The notes beneath the pieces are model-generated. The model was not told the DNA's origin, did not search any database, and saw only the letters and a program-made list of their open reading frames with translations. From NCBI RefSeq assembly GCF_964213995.1, contig NC_135820.1:434001-498000 (forward strand): a DNA stretch of 64,000 bases, read 5' to 3'. Shown one piece after another: positions 37,069-48,134 of the stretch. The DNA is from Mustelus asterias (Eukaryota). Numbering within the stretch: position 1 is the stretch's first letter; every line of letters begins with the position of its first letter. The position numbers and the translations under genes are program-made.

Positions 37069-37554
37069 GTAAGTTCTGTGCTATAATTACTCAATAATTC
37101 ACATTCATCACTCAATGGGAAATAACACAAACTGTGATGTTTACAAATTAACACAAAACACAGCTTATTATAACACAGTGTCTGGTTATCAATAACCTGG
37201 TGATAGCTTCCAGTTCAGTCCTGAAGCAACCTCCAATACTCACTTTAATATCAATGATTAAATGTACTGACTGCGTCCATCAATGTTACCGGGTTATCCA
37301 ATCCCATCGATCTCTCCAATCCTGTTTAAGATTCTGACATATCGGCGCAAGACTCACATTTCTATAGCGCCTGTCACCACCTCAGGACATCACAAATTGA
37401 TTCACAGACAATGAAATAATTCCTGAATTTCACATTCTGAACACTGTGGTAAATGAGTCCCTGCTGAATTCCAGATTGGATTTATTAGTGTCTAATTTGT
37501 GCACAGCAAGCTCCCACAGACAGCAATCTGATCAATAACCTGATTAATAACCTG

Positions 37555-38440
37555 AGCAAGAGGGATACAAACAGTTTACAAAGAGATGTTGATAGGTTAA
37601 CTACCTGGGCAGAAAGTTGGCAAATGGAATATAATGTGGGAAAATGTGAAGTTGTTCATTTTGGAAGGGAGAACAAAAGAACAGAGTATTATTTAAATAG
37701 AGGAAAAACTGCAGAAAGCTGCAAATCAAAGGGACTTGGGGTACTTGTGAACGAAACACAGAAAGCTAGCACACAGGTACAGCAGGTAATCAAGAAGGGG
37801 AATGGGATGTTGGCCTTTATTTCAAGGGGGTTGGAGTATAAGAGTAAGGAAGTCTCGCTGCGACTGTGCAAGGTACTGGTGAGACCACATCTGGAGAACC
37901 GGGAGCAGTTCTGGTCCCCTTATTTCAGGAAAGATATATTTCATTGGAGGCGGTTTGGAGAAGGTTCACGGGGATGATCCCTGGTTATGGAGGGATTGTC
38001 TTCTGAGGACAGGTTAAACAGGTTGGGACTCTATTCATTGGAATTTAGAAGAATGAGAGGTGATCTCATTGAAACATTTAGGATTCTTAAGGTATTTTAC
38101 AGAGTAAATGTTGAGAGGATATTTCCCCTCATGGCAGAGTGTAGGATCAGAGGGTGGAGTCTCAGAATATTGGGGCACCAATTTAAGATTGAGATGAGGA
38201 TGAGTTTCTTCTCTCAGAGGGTAGTGAGTTGTTGGAACTCACTGCCACAGAGAGCTGGGGGGGCAGAGTCCTTGTGTATATTTCAGGCTGGGATAGATTT
38301 TTACCAGTAAAGGAATCAAGGGTTGTGGGGAAAGGACAGGAAAGTGGATGTGAGGAATGTCAGGTCAGCCCTGATCCTATTGAATGGTGCAGCAGGTTCC
38401 AGGGGCCAAGCGGCCGACTGCTGTTCTTATTTTTTATGAT
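37555..38440 (+). mobile_element. Decayed CR1 3' fragment
   Basis: ORFs 37624-37977 and 37987-38310 match the CR1 ORF2 C-terminus. Confidence 0.85.
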
Positions 38441-38943
38441 CAAATCTGATTCCAGTAAAAACAAATGACTGCAAATGCAGGATACTTGAAATAAAAACAG
38501 AAAATGCTGGGAAACCTCAGCAGGGCCGGCAGCGTCTGTGTCGAGAGAAAGTGAATTACCGTTTCCACTCCAATAGAATTCTTATTCTGTTTTAGCTGTT
38601 GGTTCAGAGATAGTTTCAAACTGTTTCTGTCCGATCGCAAACAGGATTTAATTTAAATTTGGCAGGTTTTGGACAAAGTGATGAACCTGTTCTCCCCGAG
38701 CTGTGAGCTGTCCCTCCACCCTCACCCAGTCTGGTCAAATCAAGGGTCACTGAGTGAAAGTGTATTAAGCTGCTGACAGAGTTTCAGCAAGTCTGAAAAT
38801 AGGAAATTCTTTCATAATCATTGTAATCTCTCAATTCAGATTTCATCCTTGTAACAATGCTTTCTCTTGTGGGGCTGTGATTTCTATTTGAACTGATGCT
38901 TCATGTTATATTTATCTAAAAGGATCCATTCTCTGTGTGTTAG

Positions 38944-39237
38944 ATTTCACAGATAAACCCACGATATTCCCTGCTGAAATTATTGCAGGAAAGTGTGTGA
39001 ACATAAGCTGCACCTTCAACACAACGTGCAATGGAACAGCACCTGTCTTAACCTGGGACACTCCCACTGACGTACCTGGGTCAGTCTCAAACACTGTAAC
39101 TCAGCATGGTGTCACTCTGACCTATACTTCTGTTCTGACCCTCATCCCATCACTCAAACACCACGGACACAATCTCACCTGTAGAGTGAGATATCCATCT
39201 GTTTCATCAGAGCGGATCCTCGGACTGACTGTACAAT
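38944..39237 (+). CDS. Siglec-like gene B C2-set exon 1 (domain 2)
   Basis: tgtgttag| .. T|gtaagt; DFTDKPTIFP..ISCTFNTTCNGTAPVLTW..HHGHNLTCRV, with the Siglec domain-2 extra Cys. Confidence 0.92.
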
Positions 39238-39439
39238 GTAAGTAAAGATATAATTCATTTGATATCAGGTGTAGTAGTTTCCATTCTGCACAGTAAGGCA
39301 GCACTGTGGTTTGGACTGGTGTGTCTGTCTTTAAATAGCAACATTGCCTCGTGAGAACACTCCATCAGATCATGTCTTGGGACAAGTTATATCCACGTCA
39401 GAGGGTAGAGGGGCAAGTTTTCGAATGTCAGATGAAAGA

Positions 39440-41235
39440 TGACACCTCTGTCAGTGCAGCACCACTTCAGTACTGACCCTCTGACAGTGCGGCACTCCCT
39501 CAGCACTGACCCTCTGACAGTGCGGCACTCCCTCAGTACTGACCCTCTGTCAGTGCAGCACTCCCTCAGTACTGACCCTCTCACAGTGCAGCACTCCCTC
39601 AGTACTGACCCTCTGACAGTGCAGCACTCCCTCAATACTGACCCTCTCACAGTGCGGCACTCCCTCAGTACCGACCCCCTGACAGTGCAGCACTCCCTCA
39701 ATACTGACCCTCTGACAGTGCAGCACTCCCTCAACACTGACCCTCTCACAGTGCGGCACTCCCTCAGTACTGACCCCCTGACAGTGCAGCACTCCCTCAG
39801 TACTGACCCTCTGACAGTGCAGCACTCCCTCAGCACTGAGCCTCTGACAGTGCGGCACCCCCTCAGTAATGACCCTCTGACAGTGCAGCACTCCCTCAGC
39901 ACTGACCCTCTCACAGTGCGGCACTCCCACAGTACTGACCCTCTGACAGTGCGGCACTCCCTCAGTACTGACCCTCTGACAGTGCGGCACTCCCTCAGTA
40001 CTGACCCTCTGGCATTGCAGCACTCCGTCAGTACTGACCCTCTGACAGTGCGGCACTCCCTCAGTACTGACCCTATGACAGTGCTGCACTCCCTCAGTAC
40101 TGACCCTCTCACAGTGCGGCACTCCCTCAGAACAGACCCTCTGACAGTGCGGCACTCCCTCAGTACTGACCCTCTGACAGTGCGGCACTCCCTCAGTACT
40201 GACCCTCTGACAGTGCGGCACTCCCTCAGTACTGACCCTCTGACAGTGCGGCACTCCCTCAGTACTGTCCCTCTGACAGTGCGGCACTCACTCAGTACTG
40301 ACCCTCTGACAGTGCAGCACTCCGTCAATACTGAGTCTCTGACAGTGCGGCACTCCCTCAGCACTGACCCTCTGACAGTGCAGCACCCCCTCAGTACTGA
40401 CCCTCTGACAGTGCAGCACTCCCTCAGTACTGACCCTCTGACAGTGCAGCACTCCGTCAATACTGAGTCTCTGACAGTGCGGCACTCCCTCAGCACTGAC
40501 CCTCTGACAGTGCAGCACCCCCTCAGTACTGACCCTCTGACAGTGCAGCACTCCCTCAGTACTGACCCTCTGACAGTGCGGCACTCCCTCAGTACTGACC
40601 CTCTGACAGTGCGGCACTCCCTCAGTACTGACCCTCTGACAGTGCGGCACCCCCTCAGTACTGACCCTCTGACAGTGCAGCACTCCCTCAGCACTGACCC
40701 TCTGACAATGCGGCACTCCCTCAGTACTGACCCTCTGACAGTGCGGCACTCCCTCAGTACTGACCCTCTGACAGTGCGGCACTCCCTCAGCACTGACCCT
40801 CTGACAGTGCGGCACTCCCTCAGTACTGACCCTCTGACAGTGCAGCACTCCCTCAGCACTGACCCTCTGACAGTGCGGCACTCCCTCAGTACTGACCCTC
40901 TGACAGTGCGGCACTCCCTCAGTACTGACCCTCTGACAGTGCGGCACTCCCTCAGTACTGACCCTCTGACAGTGCGGCACTCCCTCAGTACTGACCTTCT
41001 GGCAGTGCTGCACTCCCTCAGTACTGACCCTCTGACAGTGCAGCACTCCCTCAGTACTGACCCTCTGACAGTGCGGCACTCCCTCAGTACTGACCCTCTG
41101 ACAGTGCGGCACTCCCTCAGTACTGACCTTCTGGCAGTGCAGCACTCCCTCAGTACTGACCCTCTGACAGTGCAGCACTCCCTCAGTACTGACCTTCTGG
41201 CAGTGCAGCACTCCCTCAGTACTGACCCTCTGACC
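39440..41235. repeat. 33-bp tandem array (CTGACCCTCTGACAGTGCGGCACTCCCTCAGTA)n, left part
   Basis: Directly visible; 11-aa periodic ORFs. Preceded by a Deu-domain-like SINE segment at 39387-39450. Confidence 0.97.
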
Positions 41236-41243
41236 GGGATCAA

Positions 41244-42143
41244 TCAGAAACCTTTTGAGATGTCTAGCACCATAAACACAGACGCCGACGCCGGAATTTC
41301 TCCTAACAGGTCTGCTACGGCTGCCACTGTTGGTGCGCCAGCCGGAATGTTTTTGTTGAGGACCCTATAGTCTATCGTGGCCCTCCCGGAGTTGTCTGGT
41401 TTCCTCACTGGCCAGAGCGGAGAGTTTACGTGGGTCGCTATTGGCCTCAGGACGCCCTGCCTGACCAGTGAACTCAGGGCGACTTCTAAGTCAGCCTCCG
41501 CTTCCTGGGGAAAATTGTACTGCTTCTGCGGTCGGGACATGGGATCCCCTTCTATCCTGACCTCTGTCCCGGTGACCCTTCCACAGTCGTGCTTGTGAGT
41601 CGCGAAGGTGGCCAAATTTTGTTTCACGTATCCCTGATACTCAGTCGGGGTATTTCTCACTCGGGCATCTAGATCGTACCCCTCTCTGGGCTTCACGACA
41701 CACAGAGCCCCTTTCTCTGGTGCCCTCTCAATGACCATTACCCCCTTTTCAGCCCCTTCCTCTGCTATGACCCACAAACAGTGGTTTCTCAGGTCCACTA
41801 AGACCTGATGTGTCACTATGAAGTCAGCGCCTAATATCCCTTTTCCCTCCTGTTCCCATCTCATCAGGATGCATTTCCATTGCGCCTGGAGTACTCCTAA
41901 CCGAATGGACAGGGGAACAGATAAAAATCCCGCCTTCTCATTTCCCGTGAATCCGACAAGGCTATAGGGCGCCCCACTGGACAGAGGGGATGCAGGGGGA
42001 TTGTCCATGTGGACAATGGTACTGGAAGCACCTGTGTCCAGCAGGTAACTCCCGACCACATCCTGGACCTCCATTCTGACCCAGGGTCTCCCACATGGGC
42101 CATATTCAAGTGGGCACAGGAAGGTGGGTTGTTTTGCTGGCAG
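41244..42143 (-). pseudogene. pol: pro-pol N-terminal fragment (protease + RT fingers), truncated
   Basis: Open from the gag stop through GRPWV..LLDTG..ILGADF to LDISKGF*. Confidence 0.85.
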
Positions 42144-43928
42144 TCATAACGGCGCTGGAGACACGGGCACGGGTGCGCTCTGGCCTGTTGCCATGGCCAC
42201 CTGTCCGGACCCTCCCGTCTTAGACTGCAGATGTGCCATTAAGTCTTTTACATCCATCGTCCCCGGCCCGGTTGCTCCCACCTCCGGGGTTGGGGCGGCT
42301 GCTACCGGGGTCGCATCCTCCACTGCTTTACTTGGGTTCCTACACTCCCTCCTGTAGTGCCCGGGCTTCCCACACCCGTAGCACACTGGCCTCCTATCGG
42401 AAGTCCGGCTGCCTTCCTGCTTCCACTCCCTCCTCTTCCGGGGTGCTGGTGTAATGCCATGCACTTTGCTGTTAGAGGGTTTTTCCTCCCCTCTCTCCCC
42501 GTTGCGGTATGCGAGAGTGAGTTTTCTGATCACCTCCGCCTCATTAAGGTTCGGGTCCATTGGATCAAACTAATGTTTGGCCTTTGCCCTAACTCGCGGG
42601 AGGCAGTTTGCTACTAGAGTCTTCAGCCAGTGGGCGGTTCTCTCGTCCAGATTCCGCCGATCTAACGGAGTCCCACACGCTCCCTCAGACACTGCCCACA
42701 GCCTGTCTGTGAACATACTCGGGGACTCAGCCACCTGCTGCTTCGTTTCCCCCACCCTGGCGAAAGGACTACCCTGATCCAACCCCATGGCCTCCAGATC
42801 CGCTGCCTGTGCCGCTGCCCATGTTGCAGGTCTTCCCCCTTCCCTGGACGTCACTGCCTTACATAAATAGGAATCCAGGGTCATCAGCAGTAGTTTCACC
42901 CATTCCACCTCATCACAATCATTTATGTCGGCTGCCTGCTGCACCTCCATCAAATGTAATGATGGGTCTCCTGCCCGAGTCAACCTGGGAACGTGAGCCA
43001 CCATCCCCCTTAGCACGTGTGCCCCATGGGGAATGATGATGTCGCTCTCTATGGGGCCCCCTATCTGCCTGTCCCTCCGGGGGACCATATTTCCGCTGCC
43101 TTACCGGGCACATCTGCCCTACCTGGGGCTGCTGCCCCTTTAATTCTCCTACCCCTGGCTCTCCCACCATGATCGGTAACCCCACCCTCTGGTGTGCTAC
43201 ACATGGCCAAGACACCGCTGACTGGGGGTGCTCTTCCCACCCCCCTTGGGCCCGTCCCTCCGCGGATGCCCCGATCCCCACCTGCCAACCCGGACCCGTT
43301 GCCGGCGCCTCAGGAGGCGATCTATTTCCCCTTGCTTCTGGGGAATCATCAGCTGTTTGGAGCCCTCTGTCTGTGGGGGCCCCTCCGGGTCCTATCAAAT
43401 AGACCTGTCCCCAAGCCTTGGATGGACCCTCCTCCAGCTGGTCTATCCTTGCCCTGCAAAGCCCATGATCACTGGCCCCTACAGGCCACCCTGTAAGCTG
43501 CTTGGATATCCCGGAACTTCCCCTCCAGCTCCCTGTACCCCTGCGTACTCTGAGCCAGGAGTTTTTGGGCGTTCCGTTCCCTCTCCTTTGCCTCCACAGC
43601 CTGGCATTGGAGAAATGCCTGGGCATTCCTATGCGACTCCCTGGCCTGCAGGATACACTGCCTGGCCTCACCGAGTTCCTCATAGAGCCCTTCCTCTGCT
43701 CTAGCGCTTTCCTCTGCACCGGCCCTTGCTTCCGAGTTGCTCTTCCAAATCCCCAATCTGCTTTTCCATCTTGGCTACCTGCTGTGATAAGCACGCTAGC
43801 CAAACTGCCTTTTCCTGTGCTTTATTATAATTTTTACTCTCCGTCCACTCTGCTGCAGCCGCTGCTCCCACCCATTGTTTGGAGAGGTTGGTTTTTTTAA
43901 ACAGATAAGAGGAAATTCTTTCCTCCAT
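42144..43928 (-). pseudogene. gag: Disrupted retroviral gag (coiled-coil N-terminus, capsid-like region, one CCHC knuckle)
   Basis: ORF fragments 43701-43958, 43469-43756, 42570-43088 and 42144-42560 separated by frameshifts or stops. Confidence 0.75.
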
Positions 43929-44819
43929 CTTCCTTCTTTCTCTCACCCCCTCTGGCAAGTCGCAGAGCCCAAACCACCGAAGTCATGTCGCGGTGGCCAT
44001 TTGTAGGGGGTCTGTTTCCTTTACTCCACTCACAGGCTGGTATCGGTGTTCAGCAGTACCTGTGGGGTCTCTTTCCAGCGGCCTCTGAAACTTCAAAGCC
44101 GAGGAATGCCGCACTGGGGCAGTTTCCGCTGGAGAGAGCGCTGGGCCAGGCTCACTGTTTATACCTAAGCAGTAACCTGGACCTTATTCCACACCAGGTA
44201 TCCTGACCACCACCAACGCCTGGGTGATTCTCTCTCTCGTTGGTGGAGCAAATGGCCACCCTGTAACCACCTCACTCAGGTAGTTTCCACGTGAGAGAGA
44301 GAAAGAGGGAAACTGCACTGTTTATCCCTGACCAGTCGTTTCCCCCGAGTGAGCGTTTTCGAGGCGCTCCGATCACCCTTGGTTCTCGACTCCGGAGTTA
44401 CGGTGAGAGGTCTTGAAATTGTGACCCCGCCAGAGTACGGATGAGAGAACAGAAAAGCAAGACGAACTCCAAATGGGTTTCAAAGTTACAACAATTTATT
44501 CAACCAGCAAATCAACCTTCCCAACACCACACCATACAATAATAAAGCTTATACTTTAAACTATTTTCTATGGGAGGAAACACTGTCGGCACAACGTAAA
44601 TTCTTACTTTTACACAATCTTATCACACTTAACTTCACAAAACACCACCCCCTTTCAACCCTCGTCCTCTACCTTATATCGGGAACTTCAGCCGGCGGAG
44701 GTACTTACAACTTTGAGAGCGGCTTTACTTGTCTTGATGCGGGTCCGGCTGGCGGGCAGGAGCGGGACACGTGGTGCGAGAGCTGAAGAGCCAAGTGCCA
44801 GGAGGAAGAGGCGAAAAGC

Positions 44820-45225
44820 TAAGAGAGCGGGCACACATCGAGAGCGAGAGAGAGAGAGAGCGGGCACACATCGAGAGCGAGAGAGAGAGAGAGCGGGCAC
44901 ACATTGAGAGCGAGAGAGAGACACAGCGGGCACACATCGAGAGCGAGAGAGAGACACAGCGGGCACACATCGAGAGCGAGAGAGAGCGGGCACACATTGA
45001 GAGCGAGAGAGAGACACAGCGGGCACACATCGAGAGCGAGAGAGAGAGAGAGCGGGCACACATTGAGAGCGAGAGAGAGAGAGAGAGCGGGCACACATCG
45101 AGAGCGAGAGAGAGAGAGAGCGGGCACACATTGAGAGCGAGAGAGAGACACAGCGGGCACACATCGAGAGCGAGAGAGAGACACAGCGGGCACACATCGA
45201 GAGCGAGAGAGAGAGAGAGAGCGCG
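44820..45225. repeat. ~30-bp GA-rich tandem repeat inside the proviral LTR-like region
   Basis: (GCGGGCACACATCGAGAGCGAGAGAGAGA..)n, ~13 copies. Confidence 0.9.
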
Positions 45226-45703
45226 AGCCGTTACTCGCTTGTCCTTTTTAAACCTCCCCGGTGATTCTCTCGCATAAAGCAATTTTTGATCACTGGTAGT
45301 TTCGACCGACTGGAACAAAGGGCCGGAACTGTCGGGGCCGCCCTTAATCGATATTATAATGTATTTTTTAATGTTTTCTGAGTCGGCCTGATTGTTTTCC
45401 CATCAGCGAGTTTGGTCTTAATGTTTTCTGTGGATGGGCTGATCTCTGTTCTCATTGTCTCGCTGCTGGGCTATTTACCCCTCGTCTGCTGGCCATGGTT
45501 TCTCCTTTGTTTCCTGTTGATTAGATCATCCCTGTCTCGACCTTCTCATTATTCCCAGCCTCTTGCATATTCATGTGGCTGTCAAGGTCCACCGACAGCT
45601 TTGCGCTTGGGAGTTTTGACAGCCAGCAGGCCATTTTAACAAATTGTCCATTCTCCTTATCCCTGGGTTCTTTAATCATGGAGGATTTGCCCTAAAACTT
45701 ACA

Positions 45704-47545
45704 CAATGCAGCACTCCCTCATTACCGTCCCTCTGACAGTGCGGCACTCCCTCAGCACTGACCCTCTGACAGTGCAGCACTCCCTCAGTACTGACCCTCT
45801 GACAGTGCAGCACTCCCTCATTACCGTCCCTCTGACAGTGCAGCAACCCTCAGCACTGAGCCTCTGACAGTGCGGCACTCCCTCAGTACTGACCCTTTGA
45901 CAGTGCAGCACTCCCTCAGTACTGACCCTCTGACACTGCGGCACTCCCTCAGCACTGACCCTCTGACAGTGCGGCACTTCCTCAGTACTGACCCTCTGAC
46001 AGTGCAGCACTCCCTCAGCACTGACCCTCTGACAGTGTAGCACTCCCTCAGTACTGACCCTCTGACAGTGCGGCATTCCCTCATTACCGTCCCTCTGACA
46101 GTAAAGCACTCTCTCAGCACTGACCCTCTGACAGTGCAGCACTCCCTCAGTACTGACCCTCTGACAGTGCAGCACTCCCTCAATACTGACCCTCTGACAG
46201 TGCAGCACTCCCTCAGTACTGACCCTCTGACAGTGCAGCACTCCCTCATTACCGTCCCTCTGACAGTGCAGCACTCCCTCAGCACTGACCCTCTGACAGT
46301 GCGGCACTCCCTCAGTCCTGACCCTTTGACAGTGCAGCACTCCCTCAGTACTGACCCTCTGACACTGCGGCACTCCCTCAGCACTGACCCTCTGACAGTG
46401 CGGCACTCCCTCAGTACTGACCCTTTGACAGTGCAGCACTCCCTCAGTACTGACCCTCTGACACTGCGGCACTCCCTCAGCACTGACCCTCTGACAGTGC
46501 GGCACTCCCTCAGTACTGACCCTCTGACAGTGCAGCACTCCCTCAGCACTGACCCTCTGACAGTGTAGCACTCCCTCAGTACTGACCCTCTGACAGTGCG
46601 GCATTCCCTCATTACCGTCCCTCTGACAGTAAAGCACTCCCTCAGCACTGACCCTCTGACAGTGCAGCACTCCCTCAGTACTGACCCTCTGACAGTGCAG
46701 CACTCCCTCAGTACTGACCCTCTGACAGTGCAGCACTCCCTCAGTACTGACCCTCTGACAGTGCAGCACTCCCTCATTACCGTCCCTCTGACAGTGCAGC
46801 ACTCCCTCAGCACTGACCCTCTGACAGTGCGGCACTCCCTCAGTACTGACCCTTTGACAGTGCAGCACTCCCTCAGTACCGACCCTCTGACACTGCGGCA
46901 CTCCCTCAGCACTGACCCTCTGACAGTGCGGCACTCCCTCAGTACTGACCCTCTGACAGTGCAGCACTCCCTCAGCACTGACCCTCTGACAGTGTAGCAC
47001 TCCCTCAGTACTGACCTTCTGACAGTGCGGCACTCCCTCAGTCCTGACCCTCTGACAGTGCGGCACTCCCTCAGTACTGACCCTCTGACAGTGCGGCACT
47101 CCCTCAGTACTGACCCTCTGACAGTGCGGCACTCCCTCAGGTCTGACTCTCTGACAGTGCAGCACTCCCTCAGTACTGACCCTCTGGCAGTGCGCCACTC
47201 CCTCAGTACTGACCCTCTGACAGTGCGGCACTCCCCCAGTCCTGACCCTCTGACAGTGCGGCACTCCCTCAGTCCTGACCCTCTGATAGTGTGGCACTCC
47301 CTCAGTCCTGACCCTCTGACAGTGCGGCACTCCCTCAGCACTGACCCTTTGACAGTGCGGCACTCCCTCAGCACTGACCCTCTGACAGTGCGGCACTCCC
47401 TCAGTACTGACCCTCTGACAGTGCGACACTCCCTCAGTTCTGACCCTCTGACAGTGCAGCACTCCCTCAGTACTGACCCTCTGGCAGTGCGCCACTCCCT
47501 CAGTACTGACCCTCTGACAATGTAGCACTCCGTTAGTACTGAATT
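45704..47545. repeat. 33-bp tandem array, right part
   Basis: Same unit and orientation as 39440-41235. Confidence 0.97.
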
Positions 47546-47668
47546 GTCTGTCTGGTTTCCCTGCTTTGTGGTGAAGGAACCTACATTCATATCACACCTT
47601 CACATTCTCAGAGTCTTTCAAAGTAATTCACAGTCCATGTAAGTTAACTGATCTTCATTTCTTTTTAG

Positions 47669-47950
47669 ATGCACCGCAGAATCTTTCAATAACTTTGTTT
47701 GATATGTTTGATGCTTCCTGGATCAATATAACTGAGGGGAATTCGACAGTGATAATCTGCTCTGTCGAGAGCTTCCCAGCTTCTAACCTGACCTGGAGAC
47801 ATCTTAATGTCACAATGAACAGAACAAGATCCATCAATGAGCTGTGGTTGGTGATTCCTCACATTACGTCCAGGGACACTGGAGACTATCAGTGTGTGGC
47901 AGAGAATGAACATGGAGCAGTGGAGGGGTCCATCACCATCGCTGTGGAAC
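47669..47950 (+). CDS. Siglec-like gene B C2-set exon 2
   Basis: tttctttttag| .. C|gtgagt; YAPQNLSIT..IICSVESFPASNLTW..DTGDYQCVAENEHG..IAVE. Confidence 0.92.
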
Positions 47951-48134
47951 GTGAGTGTACACAGACTGCAACATCTCTCTCTCACACACAAACACTCAAA
48001 CACACACACACTCAATATTATTTGTATGAATGTTACATTGGAAAGGAAAAGTTGCATTCATATGGTGATGAGATCATCCTGAAACACTTTATAGCCAATG
48101 AAATACATTTGAATCATCATCATGTTCACTTTCA

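Larger units (their letters stand above)
41236..45703 (-). mobile_element. Truncated endogenous retrovirus-like provirus (5' LTR-like region, gag, pro, start of RT); class III/spuma- or lokiretrovirus-like
   Basis: Begins TGTAAG at 45703; TATA-like ~45250 and AATAAA ~44500 on the minus strand; Gag CYGCGKPGHYRREC; protease LLDTGAS; RT NSPLWPVRKPD..TIDYRVLN..LDISKGF. No 3' half. Confidence 0.85.

Noticed and set aside
31857-37180. RSS-like heptamers near the V exons (CACTGTG at 31857 and 36614; CACAGTG at ~37174), suggesting RAG-type rearrangement
   Set aside because: No nonamer at 12/23 spacing, the heptamers are not flush with coding ends, and each V is a complete exon with its own splice sites.
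44688-45318. RE/SL-rich ORFs
   Set aside because: Translations of the GA-rich repeat in the proviral LTR region.
39387-47590. Long ORFs of up to ~640 aa with 11-aa periodicity
   Set aside because: Translations of the 33-bp satellite, open in several frames on both strands; no evidence of coding.
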